Source of the DNA: Candidatus Latescibacterota bacterium
GTDB taxonomy: Bacteria; Latescibacterota; UBA2968; GCA-2709665
Length of the DNA: 64,000 bases
Direction of reading: 5' to 3'
Assembly: GCA_965248435.1 (NCBI GenBank)
Contig: OZ252100.1
Coordinates: forward strand, 3,552,001 to 3,616,000
Positions 9,273 through 19,368 of the stretch are shown here, one piece after another (position 1 is the stretch's first letter; every line of letters begins with the position of its first letter). Below the pieces are notes generated by a model, which worked only from the letters and a program-made list of their open reading frames with translations, ran no database searches and was not told the DNA's origin. The translations under genes were made by a program, and so were the position numbers.

Positions 9273-12068
9273 ATGCAGGTGACACAGGCTGATTACACGA
9301 CGCAGGTGCTTACGCTCACGCTTCCCGGCGATCCGAAGCACTGGGGCCGGTTGAGTGCACGGGTGAAGGTCACGCAGCCCTGTGGTTACGCGGTTGAGCT
9401 GGATGGCGACCTGAGGACCGAGGGCAAGCAGGCGGAGGTCCGGATCCATTACCCATTGATGGATGATGGAGCCTACGAGCAGATCGAAGGGCCTGTGTCT
9501 TCTCTCCTGTTCGACATGGGTGTGACGACATTCACGGTGGAGATCTCGAGCGACGGCGCTCCGTTTGTTTCTGAGACGGCCGAGCTGGAGCAGGATCAGC
9601 TCTTCGCGTACAGCCCCAAAGGGCGGCTTCGTGACGATTTCCCGCCAGGGTTTGTCGAGTGCGCCCCTCTTCGACCCGTGTGCATCGACCACGATGAAGT
9701 GCCCGTGACGATACGACTGAAGACAGAGCGTGTGCCGGAGTGCCGCGTACGTCTGGATGTGACCGCGCGCCGCGGGGCCGAATCGCTCGTGGATCCCGTG
9801 GAACTGGACTTGACGGAGAATCACCAGGTCGTCAGGTTCCAGCACGCCGGATGGGACCGAGGAGAATACTGGGTCCGGGTCCAGCTTATCGAGGGGGGAA
9901 GGGCATCTGGACCTTACATGGTCAGGAAGTTCTGGAAAGAGGTGATCGGTCCGGACGTGGTGCCGAAGCCTCCGTTGAAGTTGGGCGATTCTGTGCAGTA
10001 CATGTGCGACGGCTGGCTGTTCGAGGAGCTGAAAGGGATCGACTTCTGGCCGATGAGCTACGATCCGAATCCTGACAGGCCGGCCGTCGTGATGGAGAAA
10101 CCCTGGGAATTCGGCATGTTCCAGATCTACGACCTGAAGTTCGACGCTGAGGCGGGTCTCTACAACTTGAAGTACAAGATGATGGTAGAGGCGTACCACC
10201 GCAGAGGCTACGACTGGCATCTGCTTGCGGACGACGTAGACTCGGAGGACGACGTTGCCCACATCGAACGGTTCGAATCGACAAAGGATCTGCGACAGAT
10301 CGAGGTTGGGGTGAAGAAGGAGGGATCGGATCCGATGGCCGAGCCGTACAGGGCCCTCCTCCAGAAGCTGCTTGACGAAGGAAAACCCGTTCAGGAATAC
10401 AACATCCCTCCGCTCGGTTTCTCTTACGCCATTCTGAACGACCCCAGACCGAAGGGGGAACGGAACACAGCCCACTTGATGCTGGCCGTGCCGGGAATGA
10501 GGGAAGATGGCGCGCTTCCCGGCCCCAGGGAGATCGACTCGGCGCAGGCCCAGATCTTCGAGATGTGGCCCGAAGACCTGAATCGGCCAAACTACGTCTG
10601 TCTTGCCACCTCGAAGGATGGGGTGGAATGGGAGAAACCGGAAGTCGGGCGGGTCGAGTTCCACGGGTCAAAGGCGAATAACATCCTCGGCACCTTTGAA
10701 GAATTCCTTCGTGAAAGAAATCCTCAGGACGTCACGGCGGCGATCACGCTGGGGATCACGACGCCCAAGTTCAAATTTCGCAAGTATGATCCGAAACGTG
10801 ACGGTCCCGTTGACGTCGACAAGGTGTTTATGGCCCTGATCGTGGGAGGAAGAAACCCCAAAGTCGATTTCAACTGGCCGGATGACTTCGAGGATTCGAA
10901 GGAGGCGCTGGGGTTTACACCCACGGTCCGTTCCTATTACCCGGTGATGTACAAAGGAGACAACGAATATCTCTTCCTGAGCGACAAGCCGTTGATCTTC
11001 TTGGGCGGCGGGATGGACCTGATGCATTCCACAGAGACGATCCGGCATCAAATCGAGTGTGTTGACGAGCCGACGATTTTCTGGTACTACAGACCGAACA
11101 CACCGGGCTACGCACCGCACTGCGCGACGTGGGACAACCACCAGGGTCAGATGCGCAACCTGGCAGTGATGTGGACCGACGACGGCGTGAATTTCCACAA
11201 GCGGACATGTCTGGGCGTCGACGAGTTCGACCCGCCCGGGATGCAGTACTATTCAATGGGATTGATTCAGGATCAGAGTGCCGGTGAAGGTGGCAGGACC
11301 GTGCTGCGTGGAAACTCGACGTCCGGGGTCGCGGTGAAGCGCGGCGAGATGTACGTCGCCTGGGTCCGGGCGCATCCCGCGATCGATCAAACCCAGCACC
11401 CGGAACTCATCTGGTCGCGAGACCTCCTGCACTGGCATCGCTTCACAGACCACCGGGCGCCGCTCGTAAAGCTCAGACCGGATGAAGGTGCCTACAACTG
11501 GGGGATGAATTTTTCGTCGACGAGCTACTATCGGTTCAAGGACCGCGAAGGAAACGAGACATGGGGGCTCGTGAACACCGCAAGCACGGGGCGGCACAAT
11601 CACGTCGGCATCGGGATCCGGCACCGGACGCTGAAGGGGGTTCAGTCCCTGTTCCCACATTACAGCGACGCCCCGTTCTTCAAGGATTGGGAGACCCTGT
11701 GGGAGCGCGCAAAGCGACTTTCGTATACACCGCTTATTACACACATCAAGCCAGGTCGGTTGGCCTACGCTGGCCCGACGGACGGGTCGGGTGAATTCAC
11801 GACCCATCCGATCCGCTTCGATGCCGAGGGTTTGATCATCAATGCTCAGGTTGAAGCGGGAGGCAGTCTGCGCGTTGAAGTCCAGGACGATTCACGCGAG
11901 GTGATCGAGGGATATGGTATGGATGACTCGGATGCCTTCACCGGAGACGAGGTCGAATATCGGCCTTCCTGGAGCGGACGGACGCTCGGGGGACTTTCAG
12001 GGCGGATTCTGAAGTTCCGCTTTGCCCTGGAGCGTGCAAGGATCTTCACCCTGAATCTTGAAACATAA
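9273..12068 (+). CDS. Large uncharacterised beta-propeller protein (copy 2, tandem paralog)
   Basis: Colinear with 6388..9216 over its whole length; start set at ATG 9273 by alignment (GTG 9264 possible). Confidence 0.75.
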   Translation: MQVTQADYTTQVLTLTLPGDPKHWGRLSARVKVTQPCGYAVELDGDLRTEGKQAEVRIHYPLMDDGAYEQIEGPVSSLLFDMGVTTFTVEISSDGAPFVSETAELEQDQLFAYSPKGRLRDDFPPGFVECAPLRPVCIDHDEVPVTIRLKTERVPECRVRLDVTARRGAESLVDPVELDLTENHQVVRFQHAGWDRGEYWVRVQLIEGGRASGPYMVRKFWKEVIGPDVVPKPPLKLGDSVQYMCDGWLFEELKGIDFWPMSYDPNPDRPAVVMEKPWEFGMFQIYDLKFDAEAGLYNLKYKMMVEAYHRRGYDWHLLADDVDSEDDVAHIERFESTKDLRQIEVGVKKEGSDPMAEPYRALLQKLLDEGKPVQEYNIPPLGFSYAILNDPRPKGERNTAHLMLAVPGMREDGALPGPREIDSAQAQIFEMWPEDLNRPNYVCLATSKDGVEWEKPEVGRVEFHGSKANNILGTFEEFLRERNPQDVTAAITLGITTPKFKFRKYDPKRDGPVDVDKVFMALIVGGRNPKVDFNWPDDFEDSKEALGFTPTVRSYYPVMYKGDNEYLFLSDKPLIFLGGGMDLMHSTETIRHQIECVDEPTIFWYYRPNTPGYAPHCATWDNHQGQMRNLAVMWTDDGVNFHKRTCLGVDEFDPPGMQYYSMGLIQDQSAGEGGRTVLRGNSTSGVAVKRGEMYVAWVRAHPAIDQTQHPELIWSRDLLHWHRFTDHRAPLVKLRPDEGAYNWGMNFSSTSYYRFKDREGNETWGLVNTASTGRHNHVGIGIRHRTLKGVQSLFPHYSDAPFFKDWETLWERAKRLSYTPLITHIKPGRLAYAGPTDGSGEFTTHPIRFDAEGLIINAQVEAGGSLRVEVQDDSREVIEGYGMDDSDAFTGDEVEYRPSWSGRTLGGLSGRILKFRFALERARIFTLNLET

Positions 12069-12082
12069 CTGCTGGAGCGGGG

Positions 12083-13024
12083 ATGGATGAATTTCGACCA
12101 GAGATGAACGTGTTTCACCAGGAGCGTTATCCCGACCCTGGTGTTCGGTTCGAGAAGGACTCGAGGGCAGTGATCGATCTGGATCCGACCTTTCCGAGAA
12201 GCAAGATCCTTTGCCCCCGGGCGTTCGAACTGGACGATGGTACCTACAAGCTTCTTTTCATGGAGTATGGTCGATTCTGTCCGACGGGCGTCAATGGGGT
12301 GATCGTAAGCGCTTCATCTCGAGACGGGATCATGTGGGAGCGAGACGGAAAGATCTGTGTCGGGCCGAATCCGCCCTTCGCGACACATCGATCTCTCGCG
12401 CCGGATGTCGTGAGACTTCCGGGCGGAGGGTTTCGGATGTATTTCGAGGGTCGCTCGGGAAACCACTCCCACGTGATCCTGAGCGCCCTATCTGAAAACG
12501 GCCAGTCGTGGACCGTAGAAGAAGGGGTCCGCGTGCACGATGACGAGAACAAGATCGATTTCGGTACGCCGGCCTGTGTGCGGCTCCCTGACCAGGGGGG
12601 CTGGCGTCTGTATTTTCACGCTCGGGACCCTCAGCGATGTGAAATTTGGAGCGCTCGCTCAGAAGACGGCCTGACGTGGGAGCGGGAGCCGGACGCTCGG
12701 ATTTCTCAGACACGTCCGGAGGAGGCCCACGGGGCCTACAGCCCGCACGTGATTCAGACCTCGAGAGGGTTCTGGCGGATGGTCTATTCGGGCTGGTGCC
12801 GCCACCCTGAGATGCGGGGAAGAATCCTCGCTGCACGATCGGATGACGGTCTGACCTGGGAGAAGGAAGCGGGCGTCGTGCTGGAACCCGGCCTCGAACT
12901 TGACGCCGTTCACTGTTCGGAACCCTGCCTGCTTCGCCTGTCTAATGGACGCTGGAGGCTGTTCTACGAAGCTTCGGACAAAAAGGGGCGCTGGCGGATT
13001 CTGGGCGCGAGCAACCGAATGTGA
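12083..13024 (+). CDS. Beta-propeller glycoside-hydrolase-like protein with Asp-box repeats
   Basis: Repeated SRDGIMW, SENGQSW, SEDGLTW, SDDGLTW, each preceded by a P-x-V..G.(W/F)R(L/M)Y-like strand. Confidence 0.75.
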   Translation: MDEFRPEMNVFHQERYPDPGVRFEKDSRAVIDLDPTFPRSKILCPRAFELDDGTYKLLFMEYGRFCPTGVNGVIVSASSRDGIMWERDGKICVGPNPPFATHRSLAPDVVRLPGGGFRMYFEGRSGNHSHVILSALSENGQSWTVEEGVRVHDDENKIDFGTPACVRLPDQGGWRLYFHARDPQRCEIWSARSEDGLTWEREPDARISQTRPEEAHGAYSPHVIQTSRGFWRMVYSGWCRHPEMRGRILAARSDDGLTWEKEAGVVLEPGLELDAVHCSEPCLLRLSNGRWRLFYEASDKKGRWRILGASNRM

Positions 13025-13072
13025 GGAAGATTACCTGATTCACTTTTTGCATTGTAAGCCTCGGGGATCCTG

Positions 13073-14416
13073 ATGAAGCTCGATGATCGTCAAGAAAAGC
13101 TGATCAGACGCACCTTCCTGGACTATCAGCAACTCTCCGCGTTTATCGAAAACCCTATCGTGATGCACAAAGCGGAGGGGCTTTACTACTGGGATGTAGA
13201 AGGGAAGCGCTACTTCGACGGCATCGGCGGCATCTTTGTGGCGACGCTCGGGCACAGACATCCCAGACTGATCGAGGCGATGCGGAAGCAGATGGAAGTG
13301 CTGACCTTCGCGCCTCCGATGCACGGAACGGCAGATCTGACGCTCGATTTCATCGAGAGACTGGGGGAAGTGTCCCCGGGGGATTTAAACTACATCAAGC
13401 CTTACAGTGGCGGGTCGGAGTCTGTGGAATCCGCCCTGAAGTTTACGAGACAGTACTTCAAACAGACGGGGCATCCTGGGAAGTACAAGTTTGTCAGCAG
13501 ATACCACGGTTATCACGGTGGCACGCTGGGTGCGCTCGCCGCCAGCGGGACGGGGTCACGGAAAAGCGGATCGGAGCCGCATCTTGCCGGCTTTCCAAAG
13601 GTGTTTCCGCCGACGGTCTACCGGGATCGTTTTCCATCGTGGGATGCGTGCAACCGATTCTGTGCGCAGATGTTTGAAGATGTGATCATCCACGAAGATC
13701 CAGAAACGGTGGCCGGGGTGATTCTGGAACCGATCGGAAATACGGGCGGAATCGTCACGCCTACGGAGGAATATTTCCAAATCATCCGGGAGGCGTGCGA
13801 TCGTCACAACGTGATCCTGATCTATGATGAGATCATCACGGGGTATGGTCGGACCGGAAATATGTTCGCGGCGCAGACGTTCGGAACGACGCCAGATATC
13901 ATCTGCGGGGGAAAGGGGCTCTCGAGTGGAATGATCCCGCTCGGGGCCATGATTGCCAGAGAAGATATGGGCGATGCATTCCTTGGTTCGCCAGATGACC
14001 AGAATTTCTTCGCTCACGGGCATACCTTCGCGGGCAATCCGCTAGCCGCCGCGGTTGGTATGGCGGTGATCGACGAGATCGTGGAAAACAAGCTGGACGA
14101 GAAGGCGCGGACGCTGGGCGAATACCTTGCAGAGAAGCTGGAGAGGTTGAAAGCCTACGGTGTTGTCAGGGAAGTCAGGGGCCGAGGTCTTCTTCGCGGC
14201 GTGGAACTGGTGAAGGATACCGAGAGTATGACGCCCTTCCCGGAACTGGGAAAGGAATTGAAGAAGACGGCCCTCAAGAACGGGCTGATCATACGCATCG
14301 ATCCGAACTGGTTTGCCGTGAGCCCCGCCCTGACCGCGGGGAAGAGTGATATTGACGAGCTTTGTGAACTGATTGAGAAGAGCCTGAAGGAGGCGCTTGA
14401 ACAGGTTCGGGCCTAG
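13073..14416 (+). CDS. Class III PLP aminotransferase (omega-amine type)
   Basis: GGSESVE, GYHGGT, LIYDEIITGYGRTG, GKGLSSG, HGHTFAGNP. Confidence 0.92.
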   Translation: MKLDDRQEKLIRRTFLDYQQLSAFIENPIVMHKAEGLYYWDVEGKRYFDGIGGIFVATLGHRHPRLIEAMRKQMEVLTFAPPMHGTADLTLDFIERLGEVSPGDLNYIKPYSGGSESVESALKFTRQYFKQTGHPGKYKFVSRYHGYHGGTLGALAASGTGSRKSGSEPHLAGFPKVFPPTVYRDRFPSWDACNRFCAQMFEDVIIHEDPETVAGVILEPIGNTGGIVTPTEEYFQIIREACDRHNVILIYDEIITGYGRTGNMFAAQTFGTTPDIICGGKGLSSGMIPLGAMIAREDMGDAFLGSPDDQNFFAHGHTFAGNPLAAAVGMAVIDEIVENKLDEKARTLGEYLAEKLERLKAYGVVREVRGRGLLRGVELVKDTESMTPFPELGKELKKTALKNGLIIRIDPNWFAVSPALTAGKSDIDELCELIEKSLKEALEQVRA

Positions 14417-14442
14417 CCGAAATACCGGAATTTGCAGTTCAG

Positions 14443-14485
14443 AGGAAGGGCTCAGAATTTGTACCCGGGCCCTTCCTTTATTTTT
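14443..14485 (+). terminator. Possible intrinsic terminator
   Basis: aggaagggc...gcccttcct stem with a long loop, followed by ttattttt. Confidence 0.4.
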
Positions 14486-14562
14486 ATCTTACCTCTTCAA
14501 AATAGTAGATGCAGTGAGCGTCTGGATTCCCGCGTGTGCGGGGACGAAACTGGGAACGGCGT

Positions 14563-15627
14563 ATGAAGATCGCCACCTTGCTTTCCGGGGGCGTTGACAG
14601 CTCGGTCGCCTTGAGTATGATGGTGAACGAGGGCTGTCACGACATCACAGCCTATTATCTCAAGATTTGGCTCGAGGATGAACTCGCTTCACTTGGAGAG
14701 TGCCCGTGGGAGACAGACCTTGAATTCGCGAGGGCCGTCTGCGAAAAGCTGAGTGTTCCGCTCCAGGTCATCTCCCTCCAGTCGGAATACCTCGAGATGG
14801 TCGTCGGCCACGCCCTGGATGAGTTGAAGGCAGGGCGAACCCCGAGTCCCGACATTCTCTGCAATCAACGAGTCAAGTTTGGTGAGTTCCTGAGGCGGCT
14901 GGACGCTGACACGGATAAAGTCGTCTCCGGCCATTATGCCCGGGTCGAGAAGGATAATGGAAGCTATATCCTGCGGAGATCGCCGGACCCGGTCAAGGAT
15001 CAGACCTACTTTCTTTCCAATCTGAACCAGGAACAGTTGAGCCGATCCCATTTTCCGATCGGGCACCTCACGAAATCAGATGTGAGGGCGATGGCCAAGC
15101 GATTCGACCTCCCGACTCAGGACCGCAAGGACAGTCAGGGGATCTGCTTTCTGGGAAAGATACACTATCCTGATTTTGTGAGGTTTCATCTGGGTGAGAG
15201 AGAGGGACAGATCGTCGAATTGGAATCCAGCCTACGCCTCGGGAAGCACAGGGGGTTCTGGTTTTTCACGATCGGACAGCGTGAGGGCCTGGGCCTGAAC
15301 GCGGGGCCGTGGTACGTGGTCAAAAAGGACGCGATTACGAACACTGTCTATGTATCCCATAGGGACAATCGAGCCTCGCAAGCGAGGGATCGATTTAAGG
15401 TGGCTGACCTCAACTGGATTTCGGGGAGACCCGACCGAGAGGAACTTCAAGTCAAGATTCGACACGGACCCATGATGAGCGACTGCCACATCGAGCCGAC
15501 GGATGACAATCACCTCACCGCACAGATGTCCTGCGGGGACCCCGGCATCGCTCCGGGTCAGTTCGCGGTCTTCTACGACGGGGATATCTGTCTTGGAGGC
15601 GGCGTGATCGAATCCGTCGATGGTTGA
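14563..15627 (+). CDS. mnmA: tRNA-specific 2-thiouridylase
   Basis: SGGVDSS, TPSPDILCN, SGHYAR, KDQTYFL, DSQGICF, TIGQREGL, APGQFAVFY. Confidence 0.96.
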   Translation: MKIATLLSGGVDSSVALSMMVNEGCHDITAYYLKIWLEDELASLGECPWETDLEFARAVCEKLSVPLQVISLQSEYLEMVVGHALDELKAGRTPSPDILCNQRVKFGEFLRRLDADTDKVVSGHYARVEKDNGSYILRRSPDPVKDQTYFLSNLNQEQLSRSHFPIGHLTKSDVRAMAKRFDLPTQDRKDSQGICFLGKIHYPDFVRFHLGEREGQIVELESSLRLGKHRGFWFFTIGQREGLGLNAGPWYVVKKDAITNTVYVSHRDNRASQARDRFKVADLNWISGRPDREELQVKIRHGPMMSDCHIEPTDDNHLTAQMSCGDPGIAPGQFAVFYDGDICLGGGVIESVDG

Positions 15628-15682
15628 TCGTGCTCGAAATCTCTGGACCGCCTAAAGTTCATTGAAATAGAGGACTAAAGAC

Positions 15683-17026
15683 ATGGCAACCAAAGCAGCT
15701 GAAATAGCCCGCTCCCCCAAAGGTCAAGCGCTTTTCGACGAAGCTTCAAAGCTGATGCCCGGGGGCGCAGCCGCGTCGGTCAGGCTGAACAAGGCACTGG
15801 GGCGCACGGTCTACCACGCGAGAGGCGACGGGTCGAGGATCTGGGACGTGGATGGCAACGAATACGTCGATCTCTGCACATCCCACGGCGCGTCGATCCT
15901 CGGCCACAATCATCCACGGATCAGGGAGGCGATCGAGACGGCCCTGGATATGGGCATCATCTGTTCCGCAGAAACGGAGTATCACGTTGCCCTCGGTCGG
16001 AAGATCTCCGAAATGGTCCCGGGTGCGGAGATGGTGCGGCTCTCGGGAAGCGGTTCCGAGACGATCATGTACGCCGTCCGCCTTGCTCGGGCCTTTACAG
16101 GCCGGAAGAAACTGATCAAGTTCGAAGGGCATTTCCACGGAAACTATGACGGGGTTCACTGGAGCACAGGCCCGCCGCTCGATGACGCGGGACCCGAGAA
16201 CGCGCCCATCCCGTACTGCCAGTCCGCTGGCATGCTGGAAGGCGCTGAAGATCAGCTCGTGATCGTTCCATTCAATGACCTGAACGCCCTTGAACTGGCG
16301 ATTCGGAGTCACAAGGATGACCTTGCCGGTGTGATTCTGGAGCCGGTGAACTACGATGCGGGATGTATCCTGCCTCAGCCGGGTTACCTGGAGGCGGTCC
16401 GGGATTTGACGACCGAGAACGAGATCCTGATGATCTACGACGAAGTCCTTACCTCCTTCCGGATCGCACCGGGTGGGGCACAGGAATTCTACGGTGTGAT
16501 CCCGGACCTGGCGGTGCTGGGGAAGGCCACAGGAGGCGGGCTGCCGATGAGTGCGATTACCGGGAGACGGGAAGTGATGTCACACCTCCGTCCGCTGGGA
16601 GAAGCGGAGCACAGCGGGACCTACATGGGTCATCTTTTTGCCGTGATGGGTTCGCTGGCCTGTCTGACGGAGCTCTCTCAGCCGGGTGTCTTCCCTCGAC
16701 TCTTCTCGATGGGCGAGCGCCTTTACGAGGGGCTCGACAGGATCATTCGGGAAACAGGCGTTCGGGCGCGGCTGCAGCATCTGGGCCCCAGGTTTTTTAT
16801 CTACTTCGGCCTGGATCCGGATGAGGAAGTTTTGAATTACCGCGCCGCGGCTCGACACGATTCCGATAAGGTCCTCGCATTTTATCGGGAAGCGACGCAC
16901 CGGGGCGTCTACTTTCACGACTACAAGGGCGGGCTTGCGCACCACGGATTTTCTACCGCACATAGGGTGGAAGATATCGACGAGGCGTTGAACGGGATTG
17001 AAGACGCGTTCAAGGCGATAAGCTAG
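15683..17026 (+). CDS. Class III aminotransferase, glutamate-1-semialdehyde aminomutase-like
   Basis: KFEGHFHG, YDEVLTSFR, LGKATGGGLP, HSGTYMG; divergent from true HemL. Confidence 0.85.
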   Translation: MATKAAEIARSPKGQALFDEASKLMPGGAAASVRLNKALGRTVYHARGDGSRIWDVDGNEYVDLCTSHGASILGHNHPRIREAIETALDMGIICSAETEYHVALGRKISEMVPGAEMVRLSGSGSETIMYAVRLARAFTGRKKLIKFEGHFHGNYDGVHWSTGPPLDDAGPENAPIPYCQSAGMLEGAEDQLVIVPFNDLNALELAIRSHKDDLAGVILEPVNYDAGCILPQPGYLEAVRDLTTENEILMIYDEVLTSFRIAPGGAQEFYGVIPDLAVLGKATGGGLPMSAITGRREVMSHLRPLGEAEHSGTYMGHLFAVMGSLACLTELSQPGVFPRLFSMGERLYEGLDRIIRETGVRARLQHLGPRFFIYFGLDPDEEVLNYRAAARHDSDKVLAFYREATHRGVYFHDYKGGLAHHGFSTAHRVEDIDEALNGIEDAFKAIS

Positions 17027-17129
17027 CCGTGCGACCAGGAGGGGTTGCCGATCGGATTGCGCCGATGTTCGGGATCGCGGCTAGGAAGCCTGGGTTCATC
17101 AGCGTATCTCCAATCCATTAAGGGAACCC

Positions 17130-17819
17130 GTGATGACTGATGAAACACGAGTCGATGGGCTGCGTCCAGGAGAAATACCTTCTTTGTGGCGGGCGCTCTC
17201 CGCGAACGAAGGGGCCGTTCAGCATCTGTTCAATGTTGTCGTGCCGGGTATGACGCCGGACGACTTGAAGGAGGAGTTTACGAAAGAGATCCGCAGACGC
17301 GGATTCTCGGGCGAGGTGTCGGGTGCCGCCTTCGTCGTGGGTGAGGGGGGTGTGGGTCCGAAGCTGCGGCTCAATCAGCCGCTCGCGGAGAACGACCTGT
17401 GGGGCATGGACTTTCAATTCGCCTGCGACGGCTTTTACTCAGATATCGGTCGCTACGCTGTCCAGGGCGAGCCGTCGCCCGAACGGTTGGCACGGCATGG
17501 CCGCATTCTGGAACTGGAGGACGCGATCGCGGAGGCGATCCGCCCGGGTCGGACGATTGCCGAGGCGCTTGAAAGCGGGCTGCCGCATCCTGACCTGCAG
17601 CCTCACGCCGGCGGGCATCGTGTCGGGCTGGAGATGCACGAACACCCCGAGTTTCCAGCCCAGGAGGATGAACGCGATCACCGCGCGATTCTGGGGACGG
17701 TAATGTGCGTCGAGATCTGGGCCGGTCTGGATGGCGGGATCGAAGACGAATTCCTGGTTACGGAGAACGGCCTTCAGCGACTGACCACCCTGCCGCGCGA
17801 ACTCGTCAACACGCTCTGA
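17130..17819 (+). CDS. M24 metallopeptidase family, catalytic domain only
   Basis: D-x4-DGFYSDIGR, GHRVGLEMHE, VE, IEDEFLVT. Confidence 0.8.
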   Translation: MMTDETRVDGLRPGEIPSLWRALSANEGAVQHLFNVVVPGMTPDDLKEEFTKEIRRRGFSGEVSGAAFVVGEGGVGPKLRLNQPLAENDLWGMDFQFACDGFYSDIGRYAVQGEPSPERLARHGRILELEDAIAEAIRPGRTIAEALESGLPHPDLQPHAGGHRVGLEMHEHPEFPAQEDERDHRAILGTVMCVEIWAGLDGGIEDEFLVTENGLQRLTTLPRELVNTL

Positions 17820-17852
17820 TCTGGAAAAGCCCGACTCCGCTCGAGGTCCGCC

Positions 17853-19358
17853 GTGCGCATCGCCCTAGGTGGCATCTACCAGGAATCCCACTCGTTTTCC
17901 CCTGCCCCGACGACGCTCGACCAGTTCGTGGCAGGTCACCTCCTCAGAGGCGAGGAGGTCGTCGACAGGCTGAAGGGGATCAACCACGAAGTCGGTGGTG
18001 CCCTTGAAGCGGCCGCAGGGCACGAGATCGTCCCGCTTCTCCATGCTTCCACGGTTTCGTCCGGCCAGCCCATTCGCCGGGCAGTCTACGACGCCCTGTT
18101 CGAAGAGCTGCTGGACCGCCTCAAAGCGGCCCTTCCCGTGGACGGTGTTTTTCTCGCGATGCACGGTGCGATGGTGGCTGAACATTTCGATGACGCGACC
18201 GGACACCTGCTCAAGGCCGTGAGGGAGGTGACGGGCAACGATGTCCCGATTGTCGCGACACTCGACCTTCACGCCAACGTGACCCGCGAGATGGCGGCGA
18301 CGGCAGATGCGCTCGTCGGTTATCACACCTACCCGCACATCGACCAGGGAGACACGGGACGCCGTGGGATGTCTCTGTTGCTGGACATCGCAGCAGGGAA
18401 CGTCAAACCTGAGATGGCCCTGCGTCAGATCCCCATGGTGCTTCCCCCCGAAAACGGTCAGACCACGACGGGACCATACTCCGAGGTCATGCAGCAGGTT
18501 ATGGCGCTCGAGCAGGACCCGAATATCTCAGCTGCCTCGGTCTATCACGTGCAGCCCTGGCTCGATCTGCCGGAGATGGGTTGCAGCGTGGTGGTCGTCG
18601 CGAATCGAGACGCAGATCGTGCCCAGGCGGAGGCCGACCGTCTGGCCGTTGAGTTCTGGCGGCGACGGGAGGCGTTTGTGCCGGAGCTCGTCCCTGCGCA
18701 GGAGGCGATCGATCGTGCCCTGGCTGATGATCGACGTCCCTTCGTGTTCTCGGACTCGGCCGATTCCACGACTTCCGGCGCTCCGGGAGACAGCACGGTC
18801 CTCCTGAAGGCCCTGCTGGATCGGAAGGTCCAGGAGACCGCGCTGCTCAACATCGTGGATCCCCGTGCGGTCGCGGCGGCGATCGATGCGGGGGTCGGTG
18901 AAACCGTTGAGCTCACGGTCGGTGCGACATTCTCGAGGACGTTTTATGAGCCCGTCACCTTTACCGGAGTTGTAAAAGCTCTGTCCGACGGGAGGTTTCG
19001 TCACAAGGGCCCCGGGTTCAAGGGCTCCGAATTCCAAATGGGGCGCACGGCCGTGGTGGTTTCGGGAGGCATTCACCTCGTGATTATGGAGCAGACGGTG
19101 TTCCAGTGGGACCCTGAACTCTACCGGAGCCAGGGCCTGGAACCGGAAGACGCAAAGATCGTGGCCGTCAAGTCGCCCGCAGCCTTTCGGGCCGCATTCG
19201 CTCCGATCGCGGCGGAGATCCTCGTCCTGGAACTGCCCGGGGTGAGCAGCCCGGACCTGCAGTCCTTTCCGTGGGAACGGATCACCCACCCGATGTTTCC
19301 GTTCGACGATTCCGAAGATGAAACGTGGCTGGAAGGTGCTTTAAAAGTAAGCGGATGA
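17853..19358 (+). CDS. MlrC-like M81 metallopeptidase
   Basis: GGIYQESHSF, MHGAM, TLDLHANV, YHTYPHID, DSADSTTSGAPGD, VKS. Confidence 0.9.
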   Translation: MRIALGGIYQESHSFSPAPTTLDQFVAGHLLRGEEVVDRLKGINHEVGGALEAAAGHEIVPLLHASTVSSGQPIRRAVYDALFEELLDRLKAALPVDGVFLAMHGAMVAEHFDDATGHLLKAVREVTGNDVPIVATLDLHANVTREMAATADALVGYHTYPHIDQGDTGRRGMSLLLDIAAGNVKPEMALRQIPMVLPPENGQTTTGPYSEVMQQVMALEQDPNISAASVYHVQPWLDLPEMGCSVVVVANRDADRAQAEADRLAVEFWRRREAFVPELVPAQEAIDRALADDRRPFVFSDSADSTTSGAPGDSTVLLKALLDRKVQETALLNIVDPRAVAAAIDAGVGETVELTVGATFSRTFYEPVTFTGVVKALSDGRFRHKGPGFKGSEFQMGRTAVVVSGGIHLVIMEQTVFQWDPELYRSQGLEPEDAKIVAVKSPAAFRAAFAPIAAEILVLELPGVSSPDLQSFPWERITHPMFPFDDSEDETWLEGALKVSG

Positions 19359-19368
19359 AGAGCGTGCC

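Noticed and set aside
7822-10664. Long antisense ORFs (7822-9111, 9252-10664; also 29333-30733, 32392-33513, 44002-44991, 53463-54500)
   Set aside because: They shadow well-supported genes, have no motifs, and are expected from high GC at third codon positions.
15683-17026. Calling this gene or 53877..55217 hemL
   Set aside because: Both diverge from HemL signature segments and sit among catabolic genes.
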